This document shows positions 61,690-64,000 of a stretch of 64,000 nucleotides of DNA, in pieces (positions within the stretch are counted from its first letter, which is position 1; every line of letters begins with the position of its first letter). This DNA is from Mobula hypostoma (lineage: Eukaryota), in contig NC_086108.1 of assembly GCF_963921235.1 (NCBI RefSeq), positions 63,986,001 through 64,050,000 of the forward strand, read 5' to 3'. The notes below the pieces were generated by a model, which made no database searches, had not been told where the DNA came from, and worked only from the letters and a program-made list of their open reading frames with translations. A program made the translations under genes and the position numbers.

Positions 61690-63910
61690 TGAAAAATCAC
61701 TAAGCAATTACCAACAACAGATAACTTGTAATACCAGAGGAAACAACACACTGGACCATTGTTAACACCACTATCAAGAATGCATACCGTGCTATTCCAC
61801 GCCTTCACTTTGGGAAGTCTGATCACCTGACTGTACTTCTACTCCCTGAGTATAGGCAGAGACTGAAGACTGCAGCACCAGTAGTGAGGACCAAGAAAGT
61901 TTGGACAAGGGAAGCACAGGAGCGCCTACAGGACTGCTTTGAATCGGTGGACTGGACTGTACTCAAGGGATTCATCTTTGAATCTGGATGAGTATGCTGC
62001 AGTTGTTACTGACGTCATTAAAACCTGTGTGGATGAGTGTGTGCCTACAAAGACTTACTGTACATTCCCAAACCAAATGCCATGGATGAACCAGGAGGTA
62101 TGTCGTCTGCTGAAGACTAGGTCTGTGGCATTCAAGTCTGGCAACCCAGGCCTGCACCAGGAAACCAGGTATGATTTGCAGAGGGCTATTTCAAGGGCTA
62201 AGGGACAATTTTGAATGAGGTTGGAGGCAATATCAGATGCACAGCAACTCTGGCAGATACTGCAAGACTTTACTTCCTACAAAGCGAAACCCAATAGTAT
62301 GAATGACAACAATGCTTCACTACCAGATGAACTCAATGCCTTCTATGCTCGCTTTGAAAGAAAGAACACAACTACAGTTGTGAAGATCCCTGCTGCACCT
62401 GATGACCTTGTGATCTCTGCCTCAGAGGCCAATGTTAGGCTGACTTTAAAGAGAGTGAACCCTTGCAAGTGAAAGGCCCTGACGGAGTACCTGGTAAGGC
62501 TCTGAAAACCTGTGCCAACCAACAGGTGGGAGTATTGCCCGGTAGCACTCACATTGACAGCGATGAAATGCTTTGAGAGGTTGGTTATGACTAGACTGAA
62601 CTCCCGCCTCAGCAAGGACCTGGACCCATTGCGATTTGCCTATCGTCACAATAGGTCAATGGCAGATGCAATCTCTATGGCTCTTCACACGGCCTTAGAC
62701 CACCTAAACATAAACACCTACGCCAGGATGCTGTTTATCGACTACAGCTCAGCATTTAATACCATCATTCCCACGATCCTGATTGAAAAGTTGCAGAACC
62801 TAGGCTCCATTACTTCCCTCTGGAATTGGATCCTCGACTTCCTAACCGGAAGACCACAATCTGTGCGGATTGGTGACAACATATCCTCCTTGCAGATGAT
62901 CAACACTGGTGCACCTCAGGGGTGTTTGCTTATCCCACTGCTCTACTCTCTGTATACACATGACTGTGTGGCTAGGCATAGCTCATATACCATCTATAAA
63001 TTTGCTGACAATACAACCATTGTTGGTAGAATCCCAGGTGGTGACGAGAGGGCGTACAGGAGTGAGATATGCCAACTAGTGGAGTGATGCCTCAGCAACA
63101 ACCTGGCACTCAACGTCAGTAAGATGAAAGAGCTGACTGTGGACTTCAGGAAGGGTAAGACAAAGGAACACATACCAATCCTCATAGAGGGATCAGAAAT
63201 GGAGAGAGTGAGCAGCTTCAAGTTCCTGGGTGTCAAGATCTCTGAGGATCTAACCTGGTCCCAACACATTGATGTAGTCATAAAGAAGGCAAGACAGCGG
63301 CTATACCTTATTAGGAGTTTGAAGAGATTTGGCATGTCAACAAATACACTCAAAAACTTAGAGTTATACCGTGGAGAGCATTCTGACAGGCTGCATCATT
63401 GTCTGGTATGGAGGGGCTACTGCACAGGACTGAGAGAAGCTGCAGAATGTTGTAAATCTAGTCAGCTCCATCTTGGGCATTAGTCTACAAAGTACCCAGG
63501 ACATCTTTCGGGAGTGGTGTCTCAGAAAGGCAGTGCTCATTATTAAAGACCTCCAACACCCAGGGCATGCCCTTTTCTCACTGTTACCATCAGGTAGGAG
63601 ATACAGAAGCCTGAAGGCACACACTCAATGATTCAGGAACAGCTTCTTCCCCTCTGCCATCTGATTCCTGAATGGACTTTGAAGCTTTGGACACTACCTC
63701 ACTTTTTTTAATATACATTGTTTCCATTTTTGCACAGTTTTAATAATCTATTCAATATACGTAATTGATTTACTTGTTTATTTATTATTATGTTTTTTTT
63801 ATTTATTTTTTCTCTCTCTCTTTCTCTGTCAGATTATGTAGTTCATTGAACTGCTGCTGCTAAGTTAGCAGATTTCACATCACATGCCGGTGATAATAAG
63901 GCTGATTCTG
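61690..63910 (+). mobile_element. 5'-truncated Rex1/Babar LINE inserted near the Gypsy 3' end
   Basis: GKSDH endonuclease end, and ORFs 61939-62214, 62215-62472, 62512-63087 ([20 protein letters not shown]) and 63124-63483. Tail gataataaggctgattctg. Confidence 0.95.
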
Positions 63911-64000
63911 GGGCTTCCAGCAGGCAGAGGTCTGTGGTGCCTTAGAAGCTCCGCCTAGGGAGGGGGGAACCCCGCCACATCCATGGACTCGGCTGCACAA

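Larger units (their letters stand above)
55478..64000 (+). mobile_element. Third Sushi-type chromovirus, heavily nested; the 3' LTR begins at ~63973 and runs out of the window
   Basis: The 5' LTR start tgtcacaaccatggact (55478, ending ~56023) recurs as cgccacatccatggact at 63973 after PPT gggagggggg. Gag at 56032-57160; RT/RH/IN at 59361-61230 ([18 protein letters not shown]); chromodomain [13 protein letters not shown]. Confidence 0.85.

Noticed and set aside
1..64000. CRISPR arrays, rRNA, prokaryotic operons
   Set aside because: No regularly spaced repeats or rRNA-like sequence; the tandem repeats present are microsatellites and retroposon tails in vertebrate DNA.

Overview
This is eukaryotic, repeat-dominated DNA. 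The mix of CR1, Rex1/Babar, RTE, Penelope-like, V-SINE and CORE-SINE elements suggests a cartilaginous fish such as a ray or shark (inference). No intact host gene, RNA gene or CRISPR array is recognisable, and most ORFs in the track are decayed transposon fragments or their antisense shadows. Main contents: (1) an old class III (ERV-L/ERV-S-like) endogenous retrovirus on the minus strand at ~33.4-40.6 kb. It has a 5' LTR, a tRNA-Ser-like PBS, gag, pol (RT, RNase H, IN; no dUTPase) and a truncated 3' LTR. In the env position it carries a decayed ~190-codon gene behind a splice acceptor, with a signal peptide, Cys-rich segments and a transmembrane helix; this is the most unusual object in the window. 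(2) A full-length Sushi-type chromovirus (Ty3/Gypsy) at 40853-46087 with both LTRs, a GACAA TSD and a self-priming signature. (3) Two further decayed or nested Gypsy copies. (4) Many LINE fragments, non-autonomous retroposons, Penelope-like ends with hammerhead-like motifs, and Tc1 and Tigger remnants. (5) A few unique stretches with a strong 70-nt hairpin, candidate exons and a possible conserved non-coding element. Boundaries marked approximate were read by eye, and percent identities are hand counts.
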